Notes: generated from the letters alone by a model not told the origin. 64,000 bases of DNA from Bacteroidia bacterium (GCA_019695215.1 JAIBAK010000016.1:676-64675); one strand, 5' to 3'. Counted from the first letter of the stretch, positions 44,135 to 54,821 are shown. Translations and numbers: made by a program.

Positions 44135-45991
44135 GTGCTAAAACATAGATTTTTATTTTTCGCATTATCATTCGCTCTTATCTCACAGGCAGATGGGCAG
44201 GAATTTTATCAGATTTGGAATTTTGATTCACTCAACTTTAAGGGAACATACAACAGTTTTCAGCAACAGCCTTCCTCAGCCTCTGTTTATTTAAACGACA
44301 GTGTTTATTCAGGATATGGCGGTAGATCTTTTCAACTGAATGCATTCAAAAATGAAGAAGGCTATTGTGGTGCCTGGATAAATTTTTTCTCCTCGAAAAA
44401 CGGAAAAACTCAGTACCTGAATGCAGCGGAGTATAAGTTTATTTCACTTCGGATAAAAGGTGCATCCGGTGGAGAAAAAATACAAATTCAACTTTCAGAC
44501 AAGATAATGATGCAGAGGGAAGACTCCAGACCATGCAAACCACTTACCTCCTATTTATCGAAAGGAATAACCACCGACTGGCAGGAATTAATAATACCGC
44601 TTACCGATTTTGGAGGTATTGATTTTACCCAGCTTACAGGCATTACATTCAATTTTACGGTTGCGGGCAATTTCACTGTTTTTATTGATGATTTGTACTT
44701 GAAAAAAGAAATTACCACGGCACTGCCGGTAAGCCTTATTCAACATCCCAAATCGGGCAACCGTCTTCTGGAGAACGCCATGTGGGTTTGGCAAACATAT
44801 AAACTATTCAACGATTTAGCTTACCGGGATACCCTGATAAGTATATGCAGGCAGCTTCAGGTAAGTCATGTTTTTATGCAAATGTTTTATGATGACAACC
44901 TCACCGAACTCTCTTTTTCCGACTCGCTCAGAAGTATCATCCGTTTATGTAATCAGCATCATATAAATGTGTATGCTCTTGATGGGTCGCCCGAATGGGG
45001 GTGTTACGACAAGCATGAAATTCCGCTTACCATCGTAAAACTCGTTGCCGATTTTAATTCTCGATCATTAGCATCTGAAAAATTAGCCGGAGTGCATTTT
45101 GATATTGAGCCTTACCTCCTGCTTGGATTTTCTATTCCAGATTTGCGCAAGCAGATTATTTATGAAAATCTGGAACTAAAAAAGAAATTAAGTCTGTTGT
45201 GCCATTCTCATAACCTAACCTTGGGCATTGATATTCCTTTTTGGTACGAAGATCCCGATTCAAGCGGAGTACCATTGACCAATATTGAATTCAATCAGTC
45301 GACCAGAGCTGCCAGTTTTCATATGATAGATTTAGCCGATCATATCGCAATTATGGGGTATCGTAATTTTGCTTACGGATCTGACGGGATGATTAATAAA
45401 GACATTGCAGAACTTGAATACGCCAGCAGTACTAAAGGAAAGGAAATATGGGCCGGAGTGGAAACAATTATTGAAACCCCTATGCCTTACGTTCTATTTA
45501 GTGGCATCCCTAAGGAGCGATTAACTAAATTTCTTTCGGGTAACGCAGCTGCCATCGGACGAAAAAGCCGCTTTATGGGTTACCGACTTCTTATGTTTGA
45601 ACATGGTAGTTACGTTCATTTCGGACTCGAACAAACTATTAGCAAAAAGAGAAATGAAAAACGAAGAAACCGGCAAGCTGTAATGGAGTTTAAAAAACTA
45701 CTCACTTCCTACGCGGATACATTAAACAAAGGTCTCTCTTATCATTCGCTGAATGAGTATCTGGTAAATTCACCAAAGGAGTTCCAAATAGTGAGGAAAG
45801 GAAAAAATAAAGACCAAACAAGCCTGTGGAAAGTAATTATTTATCCAACTGACGTAAAAATAAGTTTCGCAAAAAAATCATTAGATGAAATGTTGATTGA
45901 GCTGTACAAAGCATCGGTGGTTTTCTATGACTATCCCTCCTTCAGGGGATTTGCCTTTCATTGCTATGAAACCATTTTGGATATGAAATAG
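44135..45991 (+). CDS. Secreted hypothetical protein with an N-terminal carbohydrate-binding-module-like domain and a putative TIM-barrel glycoside-hydrolase-like domain (DUF4015-like).
   Basis: Signal peptide. N-terminal beta-sandwich-like region. 'VHFDIEPY' is a candidate catalytic acid region. Confidence 0.4.
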   Translation: MLKHRFLFFALSFALISQADGQEFYQIWNFDSLNFKGTYNSFQQQPSSASVYLNDSVYSGYGGRSFQLNAFKNEEGYCGAWINFFSSKNGKTQYLNAAEYKFISLRIKGASGGEKIQIQLSDKIMMQREDSRPCKPLTSYLSKGITTDWQELIIPLTDFGGIDFTQLTGITFNFTVAGNFTVFIDDLYLKKEITTALPVSLIQHPKSGNRLLENAMWVWQTYKLFNDLAYRDTLISICRQLQVSHVFMQMFYDDNLTELSFSDSLRSIIRLCNQHHINVYALDGSPEWGCYDKHEIPLTIVKLVADFNSRSLASEKLAGVHFDIEPYLLLGFSIPDLRKQIIYENLELKKKLSLLCHSHNLTLGIDIPFWYEDPDSSGVPLTNIEFNQSTRAASFHMIDLADHIAIMGYRNFAYGSDGMINKDIAELEYASSTKGKEIWAGVETIIETPMPYVLFSGIPKERLTKFLSGNAAAIGRKSRFMGYRLLMFEHGSYVHFGLEQTISKKRNEKRRNRQAVMEFKKLLTSYADTLNKGLSYHSLNEYLVNSPKEFQIVRKGKNKDQTSLWKVIIYPTDVKISFAKKSLDEMLIELYKASVVFYDYPSFRGFAFHCYETILDMK

Positions 45992-46035
45992 TAAAAACAA
46001 CTTTTATAAAGTATACTTGCTAAAAATAATTTGCC

Positions 46036-46569
46036 GTGGATCCGTTAATTGAAACCAGACTTCGTTCAGCCATAAGGGATGTTCCAGATTTTCCTAAACC
46101 CGGAATAATGTTCAAGGACATAACCCCCGTTTTTTTAGATGCCCGCCTGTGTGATGAACTGGCTGATGCATTCATTGAAAAACTTCCCGGCCCTATTGAT
46201 GCGATTTGCGCCATTGAAAGCAGGGGATTTTTTTTCGGAATTATGATTGCCAATAAACTTCAAATTCCTTTGTTCCCGGTGCGAAAGGCCGGAAAATTAC
46301 CTGCCAAAACAATCAGTTATTCCTATGATTTGGAATATGGATCAGCTACATTAGAAATGCATACAGGAATAATTAAACCCGGATGGCGTGTAATGATTCA
46401 TGATGATTTACTGGCAACCGGTGGTACGGCAATGGCTGCAGCCGAACTCATTCGGGCAGAGGGTGGAAATGTGGCAGCATTCTCGTTTCTTGTTGAATTA
46501 TCCTTTTTGGGCGGAAGGAATAAAATTTTGCCCTATTCAAACACAATTTTGCCTTTAACGACCTTCTAG
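46036..46569 (+). CDS. apt: Adenine phosphoribosyltransferase.
   Basis: 'FKDITPVF', PRPP-binding 'VMIHDDLLATGGTAMAA'. Confidence 0.9.
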   Translation: MDPLIETRLRSAIRDVPDFPKPGIMFKDITPVFLDARLCDELADAFIEKLPGPIDAICAIESRGFFFGIMIANKLQIPLFPVRKAGKLPAKTISYSYDLEYGSATLEMHTGIIKPGWRVMIHDDLLATGGTAMAAAELIRAEGGNVAAFSFLVELSFLGGRNKILPYSNTILPLTTF

Positions 46570-46830
46570 TATTAAAGGGGAAATGCAGCAACCGAACAGT
46601 CGTTAGTGTCAGTATTTTAGCTAACAAACGTGCTGTAAAAAATTTAGACATTTTCTAAACTAAATTTATTACGCTCATTTACAAATATAAATTGGCGATG
46701 TATATAACTAAGTGTAAAAAATTAGTAAAATCCTCTGTGATTCACAAGACCATAATGTATTATTGCACCTCCGAATAGGATGCGTAAACCCTTTAAAACA
46801 CACACATTTACCATGATTTCAAACTTTTGT

Positions 46831-48309
46831 ATGAGCTTGAATCCGAAGAGAAAATTAACGTTTTTAATCGCTTCGCTTTTCTTATTTCTCTCAGCATCAG
46901 CACAAAATGCCGCTGAAGGAGAGAAACTATTTAAAGACAATTGTCAGTCGTGCCACGCCATCAACGATAAAGTAGTTGGTCCCGCATTGAAAGACGTTCA
47001 CAAACGCAGAGATGAAGCCTGGCTTATCAAGTGGGTAAAAAACTCACAGAAAGTTGTTGCCAGTGGTGATGCTTATGCCGTAGAAATTTTCAAAAAGTAC
47101 GGATCAGTAATGACCGCTTTCGAAAGCCTTTCAGACGGACAGGTTAAGAGTATTTTAGCTTATGTGAAGCAGGAAAGTGAAAAGGCTCCGGTTGCAGTTA
47201 CTGCCTCGGCAAGTACTTCATCCACTGCTTCTGCCAATCAGGCTACAAATGATTCAATGAAATCCAATATCAATTGGCTACTTATAATTGTGGTAGGCCT
47301 GTTGTTTGTGGTAATTTTCCTTGTATTCAATATTTTGGAAACTGTTGGACGCATTCAGGGACACGATGTCGTTAACTGGTCTTCCATAAATGGATTTCTT
47401 ATGCTTGCGATTGGACTTGGCGGTGTGGCACTTTCCATATGGGAATTCATGATTCATGCCCCGCTCACCGTTTCAGCACAAAAGCCTGCTTCGGAGCATG
47501 GCCCCGGGATAGACAGCATGTTTAATATTACCCTGCTTTTTACCGGAATTGTATTCATTATAACTCAGGTTGCCCTGTTTTATTTTGCATGGAAGTACAG
47601 GGCAAAGAAAAATACCAAAGCGTACTTCTATTCACATAATGATAAACTGGAGTATGCGTGGACCATTGTTCCAGCTATAGTTTTAACCATTCTTGTTATT
47701 AATGGTTTAAAGAATTGGAATAAAATATTCTCTAAACCTGCTCCGGGTACTGCGAATGTGGAAGTATTTGCCTACCAGTTTGGGTGGACAGCCCGCTATC
47801 CGGGTGCTGATAATACCTTAGGTAAGCATGATTTCAGAGAAATTGGTAAAGCCAATGCCCTTGGAGTTTTAACCGATGACCCTAAATCAGCTGATGACTT
47901 CACCAGTTCCGAAATTCACCTTCCGGTAAATAAACCGGTTACTTTTAAATTCCGCGCCAAAGATGTAATCCATAGTGCTTATTTACCTCATTTCCGTGTA
48001 CAGATGAATGTGGTTCCCGGCCTTCCAACCGAGTTTACATTTACTCCTACTGTTACCACCGCAGAAATGAGAACACAATTAAACAACCCGAAATTTGACT
48101 ATGCTCTTCTTTGTAATAAAATATGCGGAGCTGCTCACTACCGGATGAAAGTAACTGTGGTTATCGATTCTCAGTCCGAGTATGACAAGTGGGTTTCTGA
48201 ACAAAAGCCGGCCTTCACCAAATCGGCTACCATAGAAACACCTGCTGCCGAAACTCAGACTGCTGATGCAGGTCACCCCGTTTCAAACAAGCCTTTAGCA
48301 GTTAAATAA
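46831..48309 (+). CDS. coxB: Cytochrome c oxidase subunit II with a fused N-terminal cytochrome c domain (caa3-type). The listed ORF begins at 46780, but the signal peptide supports the ATG at 46831.
   Basis: Cytochrome c motif 'CQSCHAI'. Two transmembrane helices. CuA site 'CNKICGAAHYRM'. Confidence 0.88.
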   Translation: MSLNPKRKLTFLIASLFLFLSASAQNAAEGEKLFKDNCQSCHAINDKVVGPALKDVHKRRDEAWLIKWVKNSQKVVASGDAYAVEIFKKYGSVMTAFESLSDGQVKSILAYVKQESEKAPVAVTASASTSSTASANQATNDSMKSNINWLLIIVVGLLFVVIFLVFNILETVGRIQGHDVVNWSSINGFLMLAIGLGGVALSIWEFMIHAPLTVSAQKPASEHGPGIDSMFNITLLFTGIVFIITQVALFYFAWKYRAKKNTKAYFYSHNDKLEYAWTIVPAIVLTILVINGLKNWNKIFSKPAPGTANVEVFAYQFGWTARYPGADNTLGKHDFREIGKANALGVLTDDPKSADDFTSSEIHLPVNKPVTFKFRAKDVIHSAYLPHFRVQMNVVPGLPTEFTFTPTVTTAEMRTQLNNPKFDYALLCNKICGAAHYRMKVTVVIDSQSEYDKWVSEQKPAFTKSATIETPAAETQTADAGHPVSNKPLAVK

Positions 48310-48340
48310 ATTACCAACCGAAAAAATTGAAATAGACGAT

Positions 48341-50179
48341 ATGAGTCACGATCACAGTCACGAAGCACACGGTCACGCTCACGTGCACCACCACGAAGAG
48401 AATTTCATAACCAAGTATGTCTTCAGTCAGGATCATAAAATGATCGCCAAACAATTCCTCATTACAGGTATTGTAATGGGAGTATTAGGTATGCTGATGT
48501 CAATGGTTTTCCGTTTGCAATTAGGTTTCCCTGATATGGATATGGCTTTTTTAAAACCATTCCTTGGCAAATGGATCAGTGTGGATGAAACAACCGGATT
48601 TGGTAAACTTGACCCCAATTTTTATTTGGCACTCATTACCATTCACGGTACCATCATGGTATTTTTTGTACTTACCGCAGGACTAAGCGGAACTTTTAGT
48701 AACCTCCTTATTCCGTTGCAGTGCGGAGCCCGTGATATGGCTTCTCCATTTTTAAATATGCTTTCTTATTGGTTCTTCTTCCTTTCATCTTTGGTAATGT
48801 TTTGCTCCCTGTTTGTTGAAGACGGGCCTGCCTCACCGGGATGGACGGTTTATCCTCCGTTAAGTGCGCTTCCGAAAGCCTTACCCGGATCAGGAACGGG
48901 TATGACCTTGTGGCTTATCTCCATGATTTTCTTTATTGTTTCCGCCTTGTTGGGTGGTATGAACTATATCACCACTGTGCTTAATATGCGTACCAAAGGA
49001 ATGAAAATGTCGCGTATGCCGCTTACCATATGGGCATTTTTGTTAACCGCAGTATTAGGACTTCTTTCTTTCCCTGTGTTATTTGGTGGTTCGTTACTTC
49101 TTGTAATGGACAGAAGTTTTGGTACCAGTTTTTACCTTTCAGATATTCCTGTTGAATTAACAGGAGGAATTGAAAGAACCGGAGGTAGCCCTGTATTGTT
49201 CCAGCACTTGTTCTGGTTCCTTGGTCACCCCGAAGTATATATTATTTTGATGCCTGCTTTGGGTATTACTTCCGAAGTAATTGCTACCAACTCACGTAAA
49301 CCAATCTTCGGTTACCGTGCCATGATTATTTCATTGCTTGGTATTGCCTTCCTTTCATTTATTGTTTGGGCGCACCATATGTTTATTACCGGTATGAATC
49401 CGTTCCTCGGTTCGGTATTTATGGTTACTACGTTAATTATTGCTGTACCATCTGCCGTAAAAACATTTAACTACCTCACCACATTATGGAGAGGGAATAT
49501 TCAGTTCACTCCTGCCATGATGTTTGCAATCGGATTGGTATCATTTTTTATTGCCGGTGGTTTAACGGGTATTTTCCTTGGAAATGCCGCCCTCGACATT
49601 AACCTGCACGATACTTATTTTGTGGTTGCCCACTTCCATATTGTAATGGGTAGTGCTGCTATTTTTGGAATGTTCTCGGGTATTTATCACTGGTTCCCTA
49701 AACTATTCAGACGCCATATGAATAAAGCTGCCGGTTATGTACATTTCTGGCTTACCTTTATTTCGGCCTACGGAGTATTTTTCCCAATGCACTTCATTGG
49801 TTTGGCCGGTGTACCAAGAAGGTATTATGCCAATACCGCTTACGAATCATTTGATGTGTGGATGGACGTAAATCAGTTCATCACTATTTGCGCTTTATTG
49901 GGCGGACTTGCTCAGGTTATATTCCTCATCAACTTCTTTTACAGCATTCGTAAAGGAAGAAAGTCGGAACAAAATCCATGGAAATCAAACACACTTGAGT
50001 GGACTGCACCTGTGGAACATTTACACGGAAACTGGCCCGGAGAAATTCCTACCGTTTACCGTTGGCCTTACGATTACAGCAATCCGAATTATACCGAAGA
50101 TTTTGTTCCGCAAAATGTTCCACATGAGGGACAGACTGATGAGAATCAAGAATTCGAACATCCGCATCCAACCACCTGA
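48341..50179 (+). CDS. coxA: Cytochrome c oxidase subunit I.
   Basis: 'GHPEVYILILP', 'WAHHMF', 'HFHIVM' (haem/CuB histidines). Length is 612 aa. Confidence 0.95.
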   Translation: MSHDHSHEAHGHAHVHHHEENFITKYVFSQDHKMIAKQFLITGIVMGVLGMLMSMVFRLQLGFPDMDMAFLKPFLGKWISVDETTGFGKLDPNFYLALITIHGTIMVFFVLTAGLSGTFSNLLIPLQCGARDMASPFLNMLSYWFFFLSSLVMFCSLFVEDGPASPGWTVYPPLSALPKALPGSGTGMTLWLISMIFFIVSALLGGMNYITTVLNMRTKGMKMSRMPLTIWAFLLTAVLGLLSFPVLFGGSLLLVMDRSFGTSFYLSDIPVELTGGIERTGGSPVLFQHLFWFLGHPEVYIILMPALGITSEVIATNSRKPIFGYRAMIISLLGIAFLSFIVWAHHMFITGMNPFLGSVFMVTTLIIAVPSAVKTFNYLTTLWRGNIQFTPAMMFAIGLVSFFIAGGLTGIFLGNAALDINLHDTYFVVAHFHIVMGSAAIFGMFSGIYHWFPKLFRRHMNKAAGYVHFWLTFISAYGVFFPMHFIGLAGVPRRYYANTAYESFDVWMDVNQFITICALLGGLAQVIFLINFFYSIRKGRKSEQNPWKSNTLEWTAPVEHLHGNWPGEIPTVYRWPYDYSNPNYTEDFVPQNVPHEGQTDENQEFEHPHPTT

Positions 50180-50198
50180 TTTAGTTACTTAAGAAATA

Positions 50199-51095
50199 AT
50201 GATCGCTGAACAAATAGATATCACCCCTGCCGCAAACTGGTCGCAAAAGTTAAAAGACTATAGCGAACTGGTAAAACTGCGCCTGAACTTACTGGTGGTG
50301 TTTTCATCCGCAATCAGCTATGCTATGGCTGCAGCCGGAAATATTAACTGGCTTCAGTTAGGAATGCTTTCACTTGGCGGCTTTCTGGTAGTTGGTGCTT
50401 CCAATGGCATCAATCAAATTATTGAAAAAGATTTTGATAAACTGATGATTCGGACTGCCAATCGCCCTATTGCAACCCAGCGTATGAGCGTAATGGAAGC
50501 AGCCATTGCTTCAGCACTTATGGGAATTGCAGGTGTATTGATTCTGGGATTATTTCTGAATCAGATGAGCGCCATTCTTGCTTTTGCGGCACTTCTCTCC
50601 TACGCATTCCTGTATACTCCGCTTAAAAGAATTTCTCCGATTTCTGTTTTTGTCGGTGCGTTTCCGGGAGCCATTCCTCCAATGCTTGGATGGGTAGCCG
50701 TTACCGGAACCATTGGAGTAGAAGCAGTCATTTTATTTCTTATTCAGTTCTTCTGGCAGTTTCCGCACTTTTGGTCAATTGCCTGGGTATTGGATGATGA
50801 TTATAAAAGAGCCGGATTTAAAATGCTGCCTTCAAAAGAGGGACGTGATAAAAAAAGTGCCCTGCAAAATCTTTCTTTCACACTTGTTTTGATTCCACTC
50901 TCATTTATTCCGTTAATGTATAACATGACCGGAACTATTTCCGCCTACATTTTGCTGGCTTCAGGTTTAGTACTGCTTTATCAGTCGTACCGCTTATTTA
51001 AAACATGCAGCATTGCCGATGCAAAGAAGCTTATGTTTGCTTCCTTCCTATATCTTCCTGTTGTGCAGCTTTCTTTATTTTTTGATAAGATATGA
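50199..51095 (+). CDS. ctaB: Protohaem IX farnesyltransferase (haem O synthase).
   Basis: UbiA-fold motifs 'NQIIEKDFDKLMIRTANRP', 'YTPLKR'. Confidence 0.9.
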   Translation: MIAEQIDITPAANWSQKLKDYSELVKLRLNLLVVFSSAISYAMAAAGNINWLQLGMLSLGGFLVVGASNGINQIIEKDFDKLMIRTANRPIATQRMSVMEAAIASALMGIAGVLILGLFLNQMSAILAFAALLSYAFLYTPLKRISPISVFVGAFPGAIPPMLGWVAVTGTIGVEAVILFLIQFFWQFPHFWSIAWVLDDDYKRAGFKMLPSKEGRDKKSALQNLSFTLVLIPLSFIPLMYNMTGTISAYILLASGLVLLYQSYRLFKTCSIADAKKLMFASFLYLPVVQLSLFFDKI

Positions 51096-51691
51096 GTACC
51101 ACGAGTGCACAAAATGTTATCGATACTCCTAACCAGCAGGAATCAACTTCGGGGGTTAATCCGAAGAAGTTTTTGCTGTGGCTTTTTATTGTAGCCATTA
51201 TTATGCTTTTTGCCGCTTTTACCAGCGGATACATTGTTCGCAGAGCTGAAGGAAACTGGATGAAATTTCCGTTGCCCGCCAGCATGTGGATTAATACTAT
51301 AATCATTCTTGTAAGCAGCATTCCGATGATTTGGGCTTACCGTGCTGCTAAACGTAATGAACTGTCGAAGGTAAAAACCGGACTGATTGTGACATTCATT
51401 CTCGGATTGCTTTTTATGGGCGGCCAATTAGTTACGTTTTATGATTTAGTGGATATGGGAGTTTATTTCTCAGGTTCAAATGTGGCCGGATCATTTTTAA
51501 TTATCATCGCTTTTGCGCATGCGGTACACATTATTGGCGGCCTCATCTGGTTGCTGATTGTGCTTGCCCAATCGTATCAGGGAAAAGTGAACAGCACCCG
51601 TATTTTAAATATAAACCTGTGTAATACCTACTGGCATTTCATAGGCATTCTATGGGTTTATTTAATTTTGTTTTTCTATTTATACCGTTAA
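51092..51691 (+). CDS. Cytochrome c oxidase subunit III-like protein (short first half of split subunit III).
   Basis: Five transmembrane helices. C-terminus 'NTYWHFIGILWVYLILFFYL' matches the conserved CoxIII 'HFVDVVWLFLF' block. Confidence 0.75.
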   Translation: MSTTSAQNVIDTPNQQESTSGVNPKKFLLWLFIVAIIMLFAAFTSGYIVRRAEGNWMKFPLPASMWINTIIILVSSIPMIWAYRAAKRNELSKVKTGLIVTFILGLLFMGGQLVTFYDLVDMGVYFSGSNVAGSFLIIIAFAHAVHIIGGLIWLLIVLAQSYQGKVNSTRILNINLCNTYWHFIGILWVYLILFFYLYR

Positions 51692-51712
51692 AAAACTGAA
51701 ACAAGTAGTAAT

Positions 51713-52504
51713 ATGTCAACAGAAACAACTGCATTGAAAAAGACTAAATCAATTTGGGCGGGCGGCTTCTCCCCGTTTAATGTAAGTTATGGTAAACTGA
51801 TGATGTGGATTTTCCTTTTATCAGATGCATTTACCTTTTCTTCATTGCTGGTAGCCTACGGCACCATCCGTTTCTCTCACCCCTCGCCCCCGCACGGAAA
51901 TGTGGTGATTGAAGGACAAACCATCAAACCTTTGGGACATGTGCCCGAGAATTTTGTTGAACTGCTTGGCGAAACAAAAAATGCTGAAGGTGTAGCTTAT
52001 TTCTCTAAACAGCACTGGCCTTCACCCGAGCTGGTGTTTAACCACTTTCCCGGATTACATGGATTGCACCTTCCGTTATTCTTTGTGAGTTTAATGACCT
52101 TTATCCTCATTTTTAGTTCGGTTACCATGGTACTGGCTGTAGAAGCAGGCCACCGAATGGACCAAAACTCGGTGAGAAAATACATGTTTTATACTATCCT
52201 TGGCGGACTCGCATTCTTGGGTTGTCAGGCCTGGGAGTGGACACAGTTTATTACAGAAGGCGCTTCTTTACACGGAAATCCTTTCGGGCCAACTGCATTT
52301 GCTGCGTTATTCTTTATTGTAACCGGTTTTCACGGATTCCACGTTTTTAGCGGAGTAGTACTTAACTTTATTATTTACCTCAATGCCATCAATGGTACCT
52401 ATGCCAAACGAGGCCATTACGAAATGATTGAGAAAGTGGGATTGTACTGGCACTTTGTAGACCTTGTTTGGGTATTTGTATTTACCTTTTTCTATTTAAT
52501 TTAA
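51713..52504 (+). CDS. coxC: Cytochrome c oxidase subunit III.
   Basis: 'GFHGFHVFSGV', C-terminal 'YWHFVDLVWVFVFTFFYL'. Confidence 0.85.
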   Translation: MSTETTALKKTKSIWAGGFSPFNVSYGKLMMWIFLLSDAFTFSSLLVAYGTIRFSHPSPPHGNVVIEGQTIKPLGHVPENFVELLGETKNAEGVAYFSKQHWPSPELVFNHFPGLHGLHLPLFFVSLMTFILIFSSVTMVLAVEAGHRMDQNSVRKYMFYTILGGLAFLGCQAWEWTQFITEGASLHGNPFGPTAFAALFFIVTGFHGFHVFSGVVLNFIIYLNAINGTYAKRGHYEMIEKVGLYWHFVDLVWVFVFTFFYLI

Positions 52505-52544
52505 TTTAATCCGATAAGTTTAACCTCTATTAACAAAATAGTAT

Positions 52545-52898
52545 ATGAGCGAATCACACGAACAACATATTAATATTGGCGAAGGTGCCGGAGTAAATCC
52601 TGAGCAACCGCACGGAACAGCCGCCATATGGAAAACATTTTGGATTCTTTTAGCACTTACCATTGTTGATATTGCCCTGTATTTTATGCTGTCGCCTACC
52701 GGCATCAGAAACGGCCTGTTCATCATTTTGGGTATTGTTAAAGCTTATTACATCGTTGGCGTTTTCATGCACATGAAGTATGAGCGCGTAAATCTTATTA
52801 TGACCATAATTCTTCCTATTCTTTTTGTATTAGGTTTAATTATGGGTTGCCTGTATGAAGCCCATTACTGGGACGGTATCGGAATTAATATTGATTAA
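52545..52898 (+). CDS. Cytochrome c oxidase subunit IV (prokaryotic caa3 CoxD family).
   Basis: Three transmembrane helices. 'VKAYYIVGVFMHMKYE' is the typical HxK motif. Confidence 0.7.
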   Translation: MSESHEQHINIGEGAGVNPEQPHGTAAIWKTFWILLALTIVDIALYFMLSPTGIRNGLFIILGIVKAYYIVGVFMHMKYERVNLIMTIILPILFVLGLIMGCLYEAHYWDGIGINID

Positions 52899-53560
52899 TG
52901 CGGAAACACAAAGAGGTAATCATCATCCTCTCCATTATTGGATTACCCGTACTGTTTTACGCCATACTTAAAACCGGACATACTAACTTCGTAAAACTTC
53001 CGATATACGGAGAAAGAGTTTATGATGAACAGTTGAAAGATACTGTTTACCACACTCTGCCTGATTTTAGTTTTACCGACCAAACAGGTTCAGCCATTTC
53101 ACTCAAAGATTTTGACACAAGCATTATTGTTGCTGATTTCTTTTTTGCAACCTGCCGCGATGTGTGCCCTAAACTAAATAAAAACATGGAGCAGGTGTAC
53201 TACAGCACTCGGAGTATGCCCAATGTGAAGTTTATTTCTCACACAGTTGACCCCGACTATGATTCGGTTTCGGTACTGGCAGCTTATGCCAAACGATTTA
53301 ATGCCGACCCTCATCGCTGGCATTTTGTTACCGGAAGCAAACAGGCCTTATTTGATATTGCAATGAATGGTTATCTGGTGCCTGTAACAAAAGAGGATAC
53401 AACCATAGATCACAGTCAAAACATGATTCTGATAGACCCGTGGAGAAGAATACGCGGCTATTATGACGGATTGAAAGAAGAGGACGTGAAAAAACTGATG
53501 GACGAGATTAAAGTTTTACAGGTGGAAATTTATGAGCGAAGCAAAAACAGCCCAAGATAA
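52898..53560 (+). CDS. SCO1/SenC copper chaperone (thioredoxin-like).
   Basis: 'FFFATCRDVCP' (CxxxC copper site) and conserved distal 'H' in 'TIDHSQNMILIDP'. N-terminal transmembrane anchor. Confidence 0.85.
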   Translation: MRKHKEVIIILSIIGLPVLFYAILKTGHTNFVKLPIYGERVYDEQLKDTVYHTLPDFSFTDQTGSAISLKDFDTSIIVADFFFATCRDVCPKLNKNMEQVYYSTRSMPNVKFISHTVDPDYDSVSVLAAYAKRFNADPHRWHFVTGSKQALFDIAMNGYLVPVTKEDTTIDHSQNMILIDPWRRIRGYYDGLKEEDVKKLMDEIKVLQVEIYERSKNSPR

Positions 53561-54080
53561 AAAGGTTTTTTACTTTGTACTGGCTTTGTCGGTGGTGGTA
53601 TTTGCTGTGGTTTTGGTATTGAACCGCAAACTCATTACCCCTCCCGAAAAAATCCCTACCATTGTTTATTACCTTCCCGCCTTTAATGCATTTTTAAATG
53701 GCACCTGTAGTGTATTATTAATTACTTCCTTTGCATTTATTCGCAGAAAACAGGTGGCTATTCATAAAAAACTAAACCTTACCGCCTTTGTTCTCTCAGC
53801 CTTGTTTCTCATCTCGTACATCACTTTCCATTTTTTTGCCCCCGAAACAAAGTTTCCGGAAACAAATTCCCTCAGGCCTGTTTACCTGATTATTCTTGCT
53901 TCACATATTGTGCTGGCCGCTTTGGTACTTCCGCTGGTATTGCTTTCTTTTTACCACGGATTACAAAACAATGTAGACAAACATCGTAAACTGGTACGTT
54001 TTAGCTTTCCTGTATGGCTTTATGTTACTGTTACCGGGGTTATAGTTTACCTTATGATTTCGCCCTATTATTCTTTTTAG
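53532..54080 (+). CDS. DUF420 membrane protein (commonly linked to haem-copper oxidase clusters).
   Basis: Four transmembrane helices. 'HRKLVRFSFPVWLYVTVTGVIVYLMISPYY'. Confidence 0.7.
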   Translation: MSEAKTAQDKKVFYFVLALSVVVFAVVLVLNRKLITPPEKIPTIVYYLPAFNAFLNGTCSVLLITSFAFIRRKQVAIHKKLNLTAFVLSALFLISYITFHFFAPETKFPETNSLRPVYLIILASHIVLAALVLPLVLLSFYHGLQNNVDKHRKLVRFSFPVWLYVTVTGVIVYLMISPYYSF

Positions 54081-54101
54081 TTTCATACCTTTGTACCCTT
54101 A

Positions 54102-54350
54102 ATGAAACGCTGGTGGTTATTTCTTTTGGTTGTGCTTTCGCTTTTTACAGCTAACCAAACCGGTTTTGCCCAGTGCCCCAATTGCAGGGCAGCCGTTCAA
54201 TCGGGATTAAACAGTGGTGCCACCAATGTGGGAAAAGGACTTAATCAGGGCATTTTGTACCTGCTGGCACTGCCTTACCTCATTGTTGGTATTATTGGTT
54301 TTATGTGGTACAAAAGCAACAAAGCCAAAAAGGCTCAATCTCATTCTTAA
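54102..54350 (+). CDS. Small exported single-pass membrane protein with a CPNC motif.
   Basis: Signal peptide 'LFLLVVLSLFTANQTGFAQ', followed by 'CPNCRAA' and a C-terminal transmembrane helix plus basic tail 'KSNKAKKAQSHS'. Confidence 0.4.
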   Translation: MKRWWLFLLVVLSLFTANQTGFAQCPNCRAAVQSGLNSGATNVGKGLNQGILYLLALPYLIVGIIGFMWYKSNKAKKAQSHS

Positions 54351-54362
54351 ATTCCCTTTCCT

Positions 54363-54764
54363 ATGAGTAACAGGTTTACAGAAAACAAGGCACAAGCAAT
54401 TATGCAGGCCAAATGTCCGCGTTGCCGCAGCGGCAAAATGTTTTCTCACAAGGCTTATGATTTGAAGAATTTTACGCTCATGAATAAAACCTGTCCGGTA
54501 TGCGGACTGGAATTTGAAATTGAACCCGGATTTTTTTGGGGAGCCATGTATGTGAGCTATTTTGTATCGGTGGGTATTGCCATTGTATCGGCTGTAGCCT
54601 TGTACTTTTTGTTTAACGACCCCGATGCCTGGTTTTATGTGTCCACCATTATTGCGCTTATCATTCTGCTTTCTCCCCTTTCCTACCGCTATTCGCGTGT
54701 GTGGATGCTTTACATGTTTTCCCCTATTAAGTTTGATAAAAAATTAGCGGGCCAGTCTAAATAA
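54363..54764 (+). CDS. DUF983 protein (N-terminal zinc ribbon plus two transmembrane helices).
   Basis: 'CPRCRSGKMF...CPVCGLEFE' four-Cys ribbon followed by two hydrophobic helices. Confidence 0.65.
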   Translation: MSNRFTENKAQAIMQAKCPRCRSGKMFSHKAYDLKNFTLMNKTCPVCGLEFEIEPGFFWGAMYVSYFVSVGIAIVSAVALYFLFNDPDAWFYVSTIIALIILLSPLSYRYSRVWMLYMFSPIKFDKKLAGQSK

Positions 54765-54821
54765 AAAAGCCCCCCTGAACAATCAGGAAGGCTTTTTTAC
54801 GAATATAACACCGCTAAATAC

